Of a DNA stretch of 64,000 bases, positions 14,820 through 29,220 are shown piece by piece (the first letter of the stretch is position 1; every line of letters begins with the position of its first letter). The position numbers were made by a program, and so were the translations under genes. Origin of the DNA: the human T2T-CHM13v2.0 reference genome, Homo sapiens; assembly GCF_009914755.1 (NCBI RefSeq), contig NC_060938.1; one strand, given 5' to 3'. The notes beneath the pieces are model-generated. The model saw nothing but the letters and a program-made list of their open reading frames with translations, was not told where the DNA came from and ran no database searches.

Positions 14820-14974
14820 AGGGGGCTATTCTTGATTATATTGATGACACAAGATTACTAGTATGTCTTATATCTTCTTTACTCCACAGGTTACACTATT
14901 TTAAGGGACAGAGTTTTGAACTGGGAAAGGAGAAGAAGAGAAACTCACCTGTAATAGCTAATTACAGTAGTAAT

Positions 14975-15185
14975 TTATTATCTACTATGTGCTAGTCATT
15001 GTGCTAGGTAGTTTATATATGCAATATTTTAAAGTACTTATAGCAACTCTGTGAGATAGATATGATTACCCCCACTTTATAAATTAGGAAATTGAGACTC
15101 AGAGAAGTTCATGACTTTATCCACGTTCTCATAGTAAATAGAAGAGCCAGAATTCAAATAAACCCTGGATTTGGACTCTTGGTGC
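14975..15185 (-). mobile_element. MIR
   Basis: tactatgtgctagtcattgtgctagg...cccactttataaattaggaaattgagactcagagaagtt. Confidence 0.8.
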
Positions 15186-15219
15186 CTCTGTTTTGTTTTG
15201 TTTTTCCCATCAGTACAAT

Positions 15220-15223
<4 letters not shown>

Positions 15224-15263
<40 letters not shown>

Positions 15264-15265
15264 TG
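15224..15265 (+). repeat. (TG)n microsatellite, ~21 units with one interruption
   Basis: Seen directly. Confidence 0.95.
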
Positions 15266-16459
15266 AAAAGCTCTCATTGTTGAGATGAGGCAAGGAGGAG
15301 GGTTCAGGTGACTCTTGTAGGAGCTGCAGAGAATTACAGATGTATGATGAGGTGAATGATGAAATACTTGGAAAAGCTGGAACATGTGGCTAGAAATGGA
15401 AACTAAGAAACCCCAGGGCCCATATTCTCAGTGTTTGTGTGGTTTTCCTTAGGAGCCTGTTGAGTGCAGGTGATAGTTGCTAATCTGGGAATGAGGGAAG
15501 GGAGCATATGGAATTTGGAAAATACCCCTCAAATCTTGTTTGGCTTCTGATATTAAAGGACTTATTTGTTAATGTTGAGTATGATAATAGTATGTGATTA
15601 TATTCTTCATGTCTTTATTAGTGAGAAATTCTATGAAAATATTGATAAGTAAAATAATGTGATGAATAGGATATGCTTTAAATACTTAAGCAAGAAAAAA
15701 AAAGAGAAAGAGTGGAAGGGGACAGATGGTGACTATTGAAGGTAGATCATGAGTGTCTGCCAGTGGGGTAGCTTGGACACCTTCTACCCTCAGGGCCTCT
15801 TCTCTGTGGCTCTAATCCAACAGAGGAAGGGAATCTGACTCATTCTGAATAGAATAGGGCCAATGTTAGCTGTGCTAAGCTCTGTATTTTTTCTACTGCC
15901 CCTCCTAAGATTATTTTTCCCAAAAGGTCCTTCTTAGGGATGTTCCTCTATGAAGGGTGTTTCACTTTCCTGCACCCAGAGGTACATAGCTCTAATCTCA
16001 GTCAAGACTGACTCAGAGAATGAAAAATATTTATATGCCTCTGCTCTGAGTGTTCTCTGAGCTGGTCAGGGTGAAAGTGGGGCACATATCATCCTATAAC
16101 CATGAGGCCATGCCTGGCTTCTCACACAGTTAGTTCCTTAGAGTGGGGCTGTCTGTTTGGCCTTCTGACTCTGGAATGGGTATTCTTTGATCTCACTCCA
16201 TCCTTGAAGATATGATCCCATCCTTATTCCATTCTTAAGCTTTCAGCCAGACCAGCTCCATACCCCAAAATGGATGGTGGTGGAATTGGGGGATTCTGGA
16301 GGAAAGTGATACAAGTAGTTCTTGTGATACAAATTGTTCTTCCTATGAGTAGTAGGAAGAGGAGGTAGTGGAAACTTTAGTGTTATAGCCAAGATTCAAA
16401 ACTAGCCCATGAAAGGAAAATAAATTCTAAACTGCTCCATTGTACCAAGAGTCATGTGG

Positions 16460-17300
16460 CAATTTATTCATTCATTTCTTCATTTCTTCATTCAGTCATT
16501 CAACAAACATTTAGGACCAGACACTTATTAAATGCTGGATGTGCTAAAATTAAAGAGACTTTTTCTGATCTGAAGGTTCTAGTAGCCTAGTGGAGGAGAC
16601 AGCCATTGAGTTAATAATTATAGCATGCATTGATAAATGCCATCCATGATAGAAGGAAGTCCCGTGTGCTATGAAAGTGCCGAGGAGATGCATGTAATGC
16701 AGTTTGTGGGAAGGTTAGTTACCTACTGGGGAAATGGGTACAGCTAAGCTTTAAAGAACTCTTAGGAGTTAGCCAGGCAAAGAAGTGTGGATTGCATTCC
16801 TGTAGTAGAGAATGTGTCTAGAAACATGGAGGAGTAACAGGATCATGAGTTAGAGTTTTTGCAAGTCAGTATGACTGAAGTGTGGGACACAAGGAAAAGA
16901 GGCCGAAGGTGAAACCCAACAGGTGAGCAGGGAACTCTTCATGCTGGGCTCGATATGCTAAGTTAATTGTTTGGATTTCAATCAGCAGAAAATGAGGAAG
17001 ATTTGAATTTGAGAAACATCACACTGGGTGTCATGTGGAAAAAGGATCGAAAGGGAATCAGTCTGGACATCACAGCAATTAATCTAGGGAAAAGATTACA
17101 CAAGCTTGAATTAAGGTGATGTCAGTGTGGCTGGAGAAGAGGGTAGACCCTGGAGTTGATTTCTAGACAGAACCAATAGGGCCAATAAGTAGATCACTAG
17201 TCTACATGAAGGATGTAAAAATAGTGAGTAAAGACAGATATGCAGTGGCAGGTAATTGAGGAGGATGTCTGATTCCTTATTGATCCACCAATCAAGAGAA
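16460..17300 (-). mobile_element. L2 fragment
   Basis: ttcattcattt...ttcaacaaacatttag start, followed by GA-rich L2 antisense body. Confidence 0.7.
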
Positions 17301-18338
17301 AAAAATAAAAAGGTTTCAGGCATAATTTTTACTTAAACCATTGTGGTGAATATAACAACGCACATTTGTGAAATATGTCCAAATCCTCTTTATGTATGTC
17401 TAACATTTCTTAATGACAGCTTAGAATGAAAAGAAGATGAATACCTTAAAAGGGGGCAATGACAGAAAATCATCTATAAAATCTTAGGCTTTATGTCGTG
17501 CAAGAAGAAACCAATAAAAAATTAAGATGGAATTAGGACATATACTATCAAATCGACAATATTAATAACTAGCACTGGCAAAGAATGGGGAAAATGTTAC
17601 TTTAATTTCTCATTTAGCAAAAACAGAACAGAACAAACAAATAAGAACTCCTGAGGCTTATACATATTAAATGATTTGCTTGAAGTCACACATAGCTGTA
17701 GGTGGGAACTCACATTCCCTCCCAGGGATCTCTGCAGGGTGTTGTGATAACACCATGACTCAACATGTTTGGGGTCTAAGTAATTAAAACTAAAGTTGGA
17801 GTAGCCAATTTGCAGGAAAAAAATGAGTACTGCAAATGATAATGAAGAACCTATAAAATTTTGGGGGGTTCCATAGGAATGAGAGATGGAAGGAAATAAA
17901 TCAAGAAAAAGACTACTGCATTATTTGCATGTTATACAAGCAAATTTCATCTTGAAATTACTTATTAGTGTAAATGATATTAGAAATTTAAAGCAGTTAT
18001 TTAGGGAATATTAATAGGACTAAAGATAATTGACATTTAAACTTTCAATTCATTTCAACCACCGTGCTACTGTTGACCATCTGCTATGTACCTAGCATTG
18101 TGATAAGTCCTAAGGGAGTACAAATGTAATATAAGATGGTTTTGTCTCCAAGGATCTTAAAGTGTTGTTAGGGAAACTAGATTTGCACACATGAAACTAA
18201 TTTAGAACCATCTAGAACAGTTTATAATCAGTGAAATATTTATATAATGAAGTGCAAAAATTTTGGAAGCAGATATAACATGCTCTGGGTAGTCAGAAAA
18301 GGGAGCTATTGATAATGTCCAGAGTCAATTAGAAGGCT

Positions 18339-18584
18339 TCACTCAAGGCTGCAGTGCCGTGGCGTGATCTCAGCTCACTGCAACCTCTGCCTCCTGGGTT
18401 CAAGCAATTCTCCTGCCTCAGCCTCCGGAGGAGCTGAGATTACAGGTGGGTGCCACCAAAACTGGCTAATTTTTGTATTTTTAGTAGAGACAGGGTTTCA
18501 CCATGTTGGCCAGGCTGGTCTCAAACTCCTGACCTTGGCCTCCCAAAGTGCTGGGATTACAGGCATGAGCCACTGCATCCGGCC
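18339..18584 (-). mobile_element. Tail-less AluS with ~18-20 bp internal deletion, embedded in an L2 fragment (~18045-18660)
   Basis: No poly-T; ctcctgaccttggcctccc lacks the caggtgatccgcccgcc segment. Confidence 0.85.
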
Positions 18585-18778
18585 AATGTAACTCTTAAGA
18601 TGAGCCTTGAAGGGTGAAAGGGGTCTGATTTTTCAAGAAAGTAAAGGGCAGGACTAGTGAAGTAAATGTTTTGTTTTGTATTTTCTAAGAAATAAATAAC
18701 TAGTCTAATATTCTAAATAGTCTAATATTTTGTCTGCTTACTGCAGTTTTACTTAGTGAAATATTGGAAACAACCTAA

Positions 18779-19292
<514 letters not shown>

Positions 19293-19369
19293 TGGTTTAT
19301 TCAACTTTTAATGGTAATGGTAGTGACCACCTTGCAAAGTTATTGTGAGGGTTAAAAATAAATATATAG

Positions 19370-19550
19370 GGCCGGGCGCGGTGGCTCATGCCTATAATCC
19401 CAGCACTTTGGGAGGCCAAGGCGGGCGGATCACAAGGTTAGGAGATTGAGACCATCCTGGCTAACACGGTGAAACCCCGTCTCGCCACTGTACTCCAGCC
19501 TGGGAGACAGACCAAGATTCCGTCTCAAAAAAAAAAAAAAAAAAAAAAAA
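19370..19550 (+). mobile_element. AluY with large internal deletion
   Basis: Left arm to ccccgtctc is joined directly to gccactgtactccagcc at ~19483; 24-nt A tail. Confidence 0.92.
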
Positions 19551-19886
<336 letters not shown>

Positions 19887-19889
19887 TTA

Positions 19890-20560
19890 TTCACACTTAA
19901 TGATGTATATACTCTGCTGGTATGTAAACAGGTACTGTCTTTCTGAAGGACGATTTCTTAATTCTTACCGAGAGCTTTAAAAATGAGTGTTTTCTGTATG
20001 ACTCAGCAATCCCATAACTAAAAATTTATTCTAAGGAAATAATTAAAGATGTGTGCACATCTGGTCACACGTGGCACCTCACTCCTGTAATCCTAGCACT
20101 TGGGAGGCCGAGGCAGGAAGATCCCTTCAGCCCAGGTGTTTGAGACCAGCCTGAGCAGTATAGTGAGACTCTGTCTCTACAAAAAATAAAATTAGTAAGA
20201 GAAAAGAAAAGAATATTCTTTGCAGCATTGAATAGAATACTGGAAAACACCCCAAAATCTCACAAATAGATTATTGGTAAAGTAAATTACGATTCTCTTA
20301 CATAAAGGAAATTATAAAACCATTAAAATGATGATATAGAAGTGCATAGAAAGTGAGGAAAACAGATTCTAAAACTATACACAGTTTAATCCTATTCTGG
20401 TAAATGTATATTTATGCAGAGAAAATTTTCTAGAAGGATAACATGCCAAAATGTTAACTACAGTTGTTTCTGAGTAGTGGGCCCTTTAGGTGATTTTTAT
20501 CTTCTTCATGTTGCTTACCTGAATTTTTTCCTTTTATGATAATGAGGATTGCTAATTAAA
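19890..20560 (+). mobile_element. Old L1ME-type 3' fragment containing a FLAM/AluJ left monomer (~20063-20195)
   Basis: atgactcagcaatcccataactaaaaatttattctaaggaaataatt; ccaaaatgttaactacagttgtttctgagtagtggg; Alu left arm only. Confidence 0.7.
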
Positions 20561-20944
20561 TTTTTCAAAAATAGGGATGGATCTCTGTTAAAAATTTTTA
20601 GTGACATAGGAAAATGCTTAAGACTTAAAAAGGAAAGATTTAAAACTTACGTTTTATACAATCCGAATTTTGTTAAGTATTTTTTAGTCTATGACTGAAT
20701 TTTGCTTTTATGGCTTTTGCTCTCAAAAAGTAGCAAAGCTCCCAAGAAACGGTGAGGATAGAAGGGGCCGTAAAATATCAAACAGAGATTAAATTTGTGT
20801 ATGCACAGACCTCTTTTGTTTTTTTTTCTTCATTTTCATCACAGTTTTAACAGTTGGCCTTCTGGGCTATTTTTATAGACAAAGTTGAACTGCTGTAAAA
20901 AGCCATTCTTTCCCTTCCTGCCTTGTCTACTTTCATCCTTACTA

Positions 20945-22900
20945 GGAACTCAGCAAATTCAGTACTTAATAGGCACCGAGGGTATACAATGGTGAACAAA
21001 AAGCTCACTGTTCACTTAGAAAAGACAGTCAACGGTCACCTAAATAAATACATCATTACAAATTGTGCTCACTACTCTGGACAAAACTGCAGAGTGTTAC
21101 ACAGAAAGAAATGAAGGTGGAGATCAGGGAATCATTTTGGACAAGGAAGTTTGCAAAGACCTCCATAATGAGGAAGGGACACTTAAAGTCAGTTTTGAAG
21201 TATGAGTAGGAGTTAGTCTCACAAAGTGTGGAGGGAAAGCACTCTATGAAGAGGGACAAGGACATAGAAAGGTTTTCAAGCAAAAAAAAAAAAAAGAAAG
21301 AAAAGAAACACAAAAAAACAAAAACCGGTGTTAAGGAAAAAATGGGCTAGGTGTGGTGGCTCTTGCCTGTAATCCCAGCACTTTGGGAGGCCGAGGCGGT
21401 CAGATCACTTGAGGCCAGGAGTTCGAGAACAGCCTGGCCAACATGGTGAAACCCCGGCTCTACTAAAAATACAAAATTAGCCAGATGTGGTGACCGGCAC
21501 CTGTAATCCCAGCTACTGGCAGGGCTCAGGCAGGAGAATCACGTGAGCCTGGGAGGTGGAGGTTGCAGTGAGCGGAGATCGGGCCACTGCATCCCAGGCT
21601 GGGTGACAGAGCAAGACTCTGTCTCAAAAAACAAAACAAAACAAAACACACACACAACAGTGTCTGGCTTTTGTGTCACGACGTTAGGTTGGAAGGTAGG
21701 CAGGGACTTTGACCACACTAAGGAGGATTTGGGATTTTGTCCTGAAGACAGTGGGCAGCCCCTGAAGGACTTTGAGCAGTGGTTACTGTTTATGACTGTA
21801 TGAAGCAGTTTATAATTTAAAAAGATCTGTTTGGCTGCTCTGAGGAGAAGGAGTGGAGAGAGGCAAGAAGAAATCTGAAAAATGAGTTAGGAGGCTGTTA
21901 GACTTGATCAGGAAATGCTGCTGCTGAGTAATGACAGTGACGATAAGGAACAGAAGACAGTTGGGAGATGTATTTGATAGGATTTAGTGATAAGACTTAG
22001 TGATTAATAGGACTTAGTAATGGATTGGATTAGAGGAGTGAGGTACGGCGGGGAATAGGGTCTGTCAAGGATGAGCTTTAGAATGCTTTGCTTGAGTGAC
22101 TTGGTGGGTTACACAGATGGTGGAGTAGGTTTCTTTCTTGGGGGAAGGGAGACCTAAGAGTCAATGTCAGACATGTTTTCTTTGAGATATTTATAAGATT
22201 CCCAAGTGGAGAAATTGAATCGATGAGGCCTGTTATTCACAACAGCTACCCACCTGGGATGGAGACAGACCTTTCAGAGCAGTTGGCCCCTGGATGCTCC
22301 TGACAGTCCTGTGGATGGATGGGATTGCCTATGGGGAGAATATTGAGAGAGAGGAACAGAGTCTAGGACTGAGCCCTGATGAATTCCAACACTTAGATAT
22401 CAACTAATAGGGGGAAGTGGCAAAGCACTTGAAGAAGGATACGTTCCAGGGGGAGGAAGAGCAGGGGAATGTGGGGTCTGGGACGCCAAGGGGAGAGAGT
22501 TTCAAGAAGGAGGGAGGGAGGGATTGACTGTACAGAATGCTCTGAAAAGCCTAGGAAAATGGTGATCGGAAAGTGCCTGATGGATTGGCAATCTGGAGGC
22601 TCTAGATGATTGTGGGAAATGGATTCAGTGCAGTGGTGGATGTGGGAGCCAAACTGGAGTGAGTGGAAGGAGGAATAGAAAGTGACAGAGAGAGGAGAAT
22701 GTGTGCAAGACTCTTCATCATCTTGGCTCTGAAGGCAGAGGACTGTCGCTGGAGGGGAATGGAAAGGCAGGAGAGAGGTTTTTTCTTTCCCTTCGACAAG
22801 AGAGATTCTACAGTTTGTTTGAATCCTGGTAGGAATGATTTAGCAAAGGAGGAGAGATTAATTTCATAGGAGACACACTGATGGATGGAGAGCCCCAGTG
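20945..22900 (-). mobile_element. L2 fragments (interrupted by Alu)
   Basis: GA-rich L2 antisense motifs (ggatttgggattttgtcctgaagacagtgggcagcccctgaaggactttgagcag; ggactgagccctg). Confidence 0.7.
21345..21657 (+). mobile_element. AluS (Sx/Sz-like)
   Basis: Full dimer with (AAAAC)n/CA tail. Confidence 0.93.
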
Positions 22901-22964
22901 AATGCTGGGATTGGTGTTTGACAGGACAAGGAAAGGAGCTGCTAGTAGGTTTTTGACATCTACT

Positions 22965-23909
<945 letters not shown>

Positions 23910-25724
23910 GATGGCTTTTTAAAGTATAAGGAAAGGGGTGGCCCCGGGGGGAGTTTTGAAGATAGTATAACTATAATTGAAGAGTGTAGAAGAAGGAGCT
24001 TACTAGAGAAATGTAGCCTTAGGGTCAGTTGAGGTTGAAGATCATTCATTTATATCTATTGGGCCCAATTATTCGAGCCTCCGCAGCAGCAGTCAGGTAT
24101 ATGTGTGGAGTAAAGAGGAGCCCTGCTTTGATGAGGCTGCTGGATGCTCACATGGGCTTATTAACCAGCCAAATGACCACCTCTCGTGCACAAAATTGAA
24201 CTGTAAATGAGTTTTATTCACATCCTTGGCACAAGTACAAATTACTATTTGTCATGGACCTTTTTGGCTGCTCTCAAGTTGTTGAAAACGTGGATGTTAA
24301 ATCTATTACTGCTAAGATTTTGTTGCATTCACCAATGCACAAATTGGCTTGAACATTTTTTTCAATCTGTTCTAAAAATGGTCTTTCATGATTACTCACC
24401 ACTCTCTTCCTCTTTCTCTGTCCCACTTTCTTTCTTCCTTTTTTTTCTCCATCTTCACTTATCAACAATTTATTGAGTACCTACTAGGTGTCTGGCACTA
24501 AGGATGAAGAGTCCACAATCTATCGTATGTCTATATGCAGGTATATATGTGTATAGTGTACATATATATGCAGATATGTATACTCTCTATATATCCTAAA
24601 GACCTGAGTGATAAGTGCTGTTACTAAAGTATTAATTCATTTGTTAATTTAATCCTATGAATATATTGAGTCCCTACTAAGTGCCAGACAGTGTGTTAGG
24701 CTTGGGATAGAGCCATGAGTAAGGTATAGTTTCTGCCCTTAAGAAATTTACAAGCTGGTATAGAAAAACAAGCAGGTAAGTACACAGAGACAATGCAATA
24801 TGACTTTTGTAACATTACAAGATCTCAAAGAAAAAAGTGACTCTTGTCTCTGCTTTGCTGTGCATATTTGGGTACCTGTGGAAAGGAGCTATTGCTGCAT
24901 TTTAATGAAAAGAGCTATAAAAAGAACATCCTTTCATTTCATAAACATTTTTGAATGCTTGTAATCATTGTGTAGTGATGGTTTTATAGCTCTTGAATTA
25001 TGAGCAAGCCATTGAGTTGAGGGATTTGTGAGTTTTTTCCTCATTTGAACTTATTGTCCATACCCTGTACTATTATCAACTCCTTTACTTAGGTGATGGA
25101 ATGATTAATGGTATTCCTGAAATACTCTACAGAAACTTGCTGAATATTAAAACTTGAGAAAAGTCACAGTAATGCTTCATTACTGTGACAGTGGGTGAGC
25201 AGACAGCATGTGCTGGCCTAGCATATATCTCGGATATTTGGAACTTGGAACTATGCATTAATGTGGGGATTTTCTTGTAGTATGGTTTTTGAAATATAAT
25301 GAATAGCAGATCAAAAACACTGAGAAGGAAATGGACTTTTGTAGATTATGCAATCAAACTGTTTTCAAGTATCACCTATTATCTCAGGAAAAAAAGTTAT
25401 TTACTACCAAATATTTATGGAGTTAATTGAGATGATGTTTATAAACTTATTGCTTTCTTTGGAGCTGATGTGTTACATAGACTCAAGGTATTATTATCTG
25501 CAATCTAGACTTATTTCTTTGGGAAAATGCTAACCATATTATGGAAATAGTTCAGGTAGTGGAAGAGAGAAAAGGCAAATCTGATAAATAGTGTATGTAG
25601 GATTTAGAATCAGTGATTAACCTGGTAACTTCTGGAAATTGCTTTGATGTCAAGCAATGGACGTTCACATTCATGTGGATGTCACGTTCACGTGGACATA
25701 ATTTCAGAGTCATATTCTAGAGTG

Positions 25725-25875
25725 TGTCATAGTGGAAAGATCACTGGATTGGGATCAGGAAATCTAAGTACTAGTCTGGCTCTGCCATTGACCACCTATG
25801 TGCCTCATTTTCCCCATCTTTAAAAGGAAGTGGTTATGGGAAGAGGTCTCTAAGGTCCTTCCAGTTCTGATATTT
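25725..25875 (+). mobile_element. MIR (MIR3/MIRc-like)
   Basis: agtggaaagatcactggattggga...gcctcattttccccatctttaaaa...ctctaaggtccttccagttctga. Confidence 0.75.
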
Positions 25876-26923
25876 TGTCGTTCTGTGCTTCTACGTCCCA
25901 CACTTATCAAAAGGATTTTGAGTTAGAATGCATCCAGGAGCTTATTTCCGTGGGTTATTGGGAACAGCAGGCCTTGCTTCTCCAGGACTTGATATGTCTT
26001 CTGTTAACTGCTGACAGTGAGCCATACCACCTAAAAGGCTCCCTTAAAGATTGAAAGGACAAATGGACAGTGTTGAGAACTCTGTGGAAGAGGAGACCAG
26101 AGAGACGTTGATCATCATGGCTCCTTGGGATTTGCAAAGAGGAATGACTAGAACGGGGTCCTTCACTACAGCCAGGTCAAAGGTCAGGTCAGGAATGTGG
26201 ACAATGCTGGTGACTCCAGGTAGGTCTAGGAGGGTAAATAAATCTATTGAGTCCCTCCTGAATCTTGAGAAGATCTGGGCAGCCAAGCTCAGAAAGCTAT
26301 TAGGAAGTCTCCTAATTTATGAGATTCTTTGGAAGAAAAATGTGACATTTATTTTTTACATTTTTATTAGTGCACAATCATTGTATTCTTACTTAACACT
26401 CATCATGTTAATCTACTCTTAACATATTCTCACAGCTAAAGCATTTACTAAACACACTTTCATGATCACATGTTGAGTTAATAATCTGACTTCAATTGAT
26501 GCCATTGTGCAATGGAACTCCCTATATTTTAGGATTTTTTGAGTGTTGTAGAAAGACTTTTCAGTTTTCTCCTTCAGTTTTAGTTAAGCAACATTAAATG
26601 TAATTCCTTGGCAAAGACTTATATCTATTATTATTTTGCTAATAATAAGCCAACTTGGGGGTGATTAGAAAACAATTTGGAGTACTGCTTTTCTTAGTGA
26701 TAAAAACAAGCAATAGATAATTTGTGAATAGGATATTAAACCAGAAAACTAAGAATAATTTTGTGTGCCGAATACAATTAAAAGAAATTAAAAGTTTTTT
26801 TGTAATTGTTTCTATCATGGAATTCTATTAAAAATTTACTTATGTTTCTTAAAATACTGATTAAATTCTTGTTTGTAATCATTTTTAAAAATGACTGTAT
26901 GCCTAATACATATTACAAGATGA

Positions 26924-26948
26924 TTCTTCTCTTTCTTTTTCTTCTTCC

Positions 26949-26979
<31 letters not shown>

Positions 26980-26986
26980 TTTATCT
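26924..26986 (+). repeat. Extended polypyrimidine tract with T28 run (26949-26976) at the exon acceptor
   Basis: Seen directly. Confidence 0.95.
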
Positions 26987-26988
26987 AG

Positions 26989-27109
26989 TTGCTTCCAAGA
27001 TCCGGTACTTGCAGGAATATCATAACCGGGTTCTCCACAACATTTATCCTGTACCATCAGGAACAGATATTGCAAACACCTTGAAATACTTTTCTCAGAC
27101 CTTGTTAAG
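26989..27109 (+). CDS. UNC79: UNC79 internal coding exon (121 nt, phase 1 to 2): (F)ASKIRYLQEYHNRVLHNIYPVPSGTDIANTLKYFSQTLL(S)
   Basis: Long polypyrimidine tract, acceptor ttatctag|, donor AAG|gtaagc. Frame is open and continuous with the next exon; peptide recognised as the UNC79 N-terminus following MSTKAEQ. Confidence 0.96.
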
Positions 27110-28817
27110 GTAAGCTTTACAATATCCTCTACTTTGAGAGAATTATTAGGTAGTATTGCTGAATTTATTGGGATCTAAATTTTTATTGAATTGCAAGTTT
27201 TAAAGGGCCTATGTTTTCTAGTGCTCTGTCAGAAGAGTCTGTGCTCAAGTTCTCTGGGTGTATGTAGCAAATTGGATCCCAGGCCCAGCTGAAAAAGATT
27301 GGTTGCCTGGCTACTGCCTGCTTTCCCGCATTGAACATCTTTTCAGGGCATCTTTAAAATGATACAGTTCTATATTTGGCACTAATATAGAGTGGGATTA
27401 AAAGGATAGCCTACAATTGCTTAAAATTAATAATTGGAAACACTTTTGGTCTAAAAGCAATTCAGAATTATGTGGCATTTTAGGTTCATCATTAGCATTT
27501 TCTATTTCCCTAAGTGTAATATACAGTGATAATAGTTATTTTTAATCTGGGTAACACTTCACATGTTCAACATGCTTTGCCTTGATAATGAAATTCTATG
27601 AAGGACAAGGAAAAAAAATAGGGCTCTTTTTCTTTTGTCTACTTTTACTGTAAGGTAGAGATAGGAGGGCCCTATTTGCTCCACGTATCTTGATTAAGAA
27701 AACAGAGCAAAGAAAGCTGAACTGTTCAAGTAAAGGCTCAGTTGTTTTCAGAAATAACATTGAAGAATTCAGAAGAACCTCTCACGTTCCATTAAATTCC
27801 AAGATGTGGTTTCTCCATTACCACGGTCTTCTCACTTCAAATCTGATTTTGGCAACACATAAATTGGCTTGGTACTGTTTCTTTTAGCTGTACAGAAGCA
27901 AAAATTTTGTAAGACAGATATTAGGAGAACACAAATTTGCAAAGACTAGTGGCACTGGAGTTTCTAGCAGTCGAAAGCTTTGCCACGGGAAAAGCTGAAT
28001 GCTTTGCGGATGGAAGCTTCATGCGATCAAGTCAGCTACGAATCTTTTGCAGTCCTCCTATCTTTCTGTTCTTATTTTTTGAAATATCTTTCCTTCTTTA
28101 GAGTCCTTAGTGATCCTGTTCTATATTGAAGGGCTCCTGCTTATCAGATTCATACATTTCATACTTGCACGGTAAGGTTAGGACCTCTTACAGGATATTT
28201 TCCTTCTTCTCAAATTGTAGTGGAATAATTAGCCCAATTTTCATAGTGATCATCAGAAAAATTTATGAATCAAGGCATCCAATTCTGTTCTCTTGAATTC
28301 TTCTTTTGTCTTTGAGGTCCAAGTTCTCAATGGAAAACAGTTTCCTTTATGACAAATTCTGAAAGTTCTCAAAGCGAGAGACACTTTTCAGTAGGAAGCA
28401 TGCTGAATTCCATTTGCCAGGAAACTGTAATATCCTAGTTGGCACCTCAGAGCTTGCTGCTTAGGTCTTAGTGATTGTGCCCAAGAGTTAAGGAATTTAA
28501 AATATTGAAAAGTCACGTTTGCAAGACGTAAAGATTCCATTTTCTTGAGCAGTGGACCATTAGAATATGATCATAGGTGGTAGTATTTTAGTGGTAAAAC
28601 TGGTAGTTTGTTCAAGTGGCTTGTTGGAGAAGATCCTATGCAACTGAGCTGAGTTCATTTTCAAACGGAGGCAACATCAACATGTACTGCTAATGGTAAT
28701 AGTAACAATTGCAACCATTTTTTTTAAAACTAGAAGTACAGAACTGTTGATATGTACATCTATAACAATCGTATTTGTACTTCTTCATTTTATTTATGCT
28801 ATTAGAAAGTTCAAGAC

Positions 28818-29220
28818 AGCCAGACATGGTGGCTGGCATCTATAATCCCAGCTGCTTGGGAGGCTGAGGTGGCAGATTAAAGGAAGTGCTTAGCACCAAG
28901 ATTTGTCATCTTTTCAGAATTTAAGTGAATTTAAGTGGAGATAATGTTAGCAACCAGAAGTCTCAAACTTCAAGTTTGAGACCAGCCACAAGTTTGAGAT
29001 CAGCCTGGACAACATAGTAAGACCCCATCTCTAAAAAAATTCTTTTAACAATTAGCCAGGTGTGGTGGCATGCACCTTTAGTCCAAGCTCCTCAGAAGCT
29101 GAGGGAGGAGGACTGCTTGACCCTAGGAGTTTGAAGCTGCAGTGAGCCTTGATTGCACCACTGTACTCCAGCCTGGGTGACAGAGCGACACCCTATCTCT
29201 AAGATAAATAAATAAATAAA
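28818..29220 (+). mobile_element. AluJ with ~110-bp complex insertion in the left arm
   Basis: Alu start to ggcagatt, non-Alu insert, then resumes at caagtttgagatcagcctggacaacatag; (AAAT)n tail. Confidence 0.88.

Noticed and set aside
24774-24782. Consensus donor CAG|GTAAGT
   Set aside because: Lies in an L2 fragment with no convincing upstream acceptor.
26051-26422. 123-aa ORF with overlapping antisense ORFs
   Set aside because: TTG start, no recognisable homology, no consistent splice sites; likely old repeat or chance.
26836-27075. Lys-rich antisense ORF over the exon
   Set aside because: The poly-Lys is simply the reverse complement of the T28 tract.
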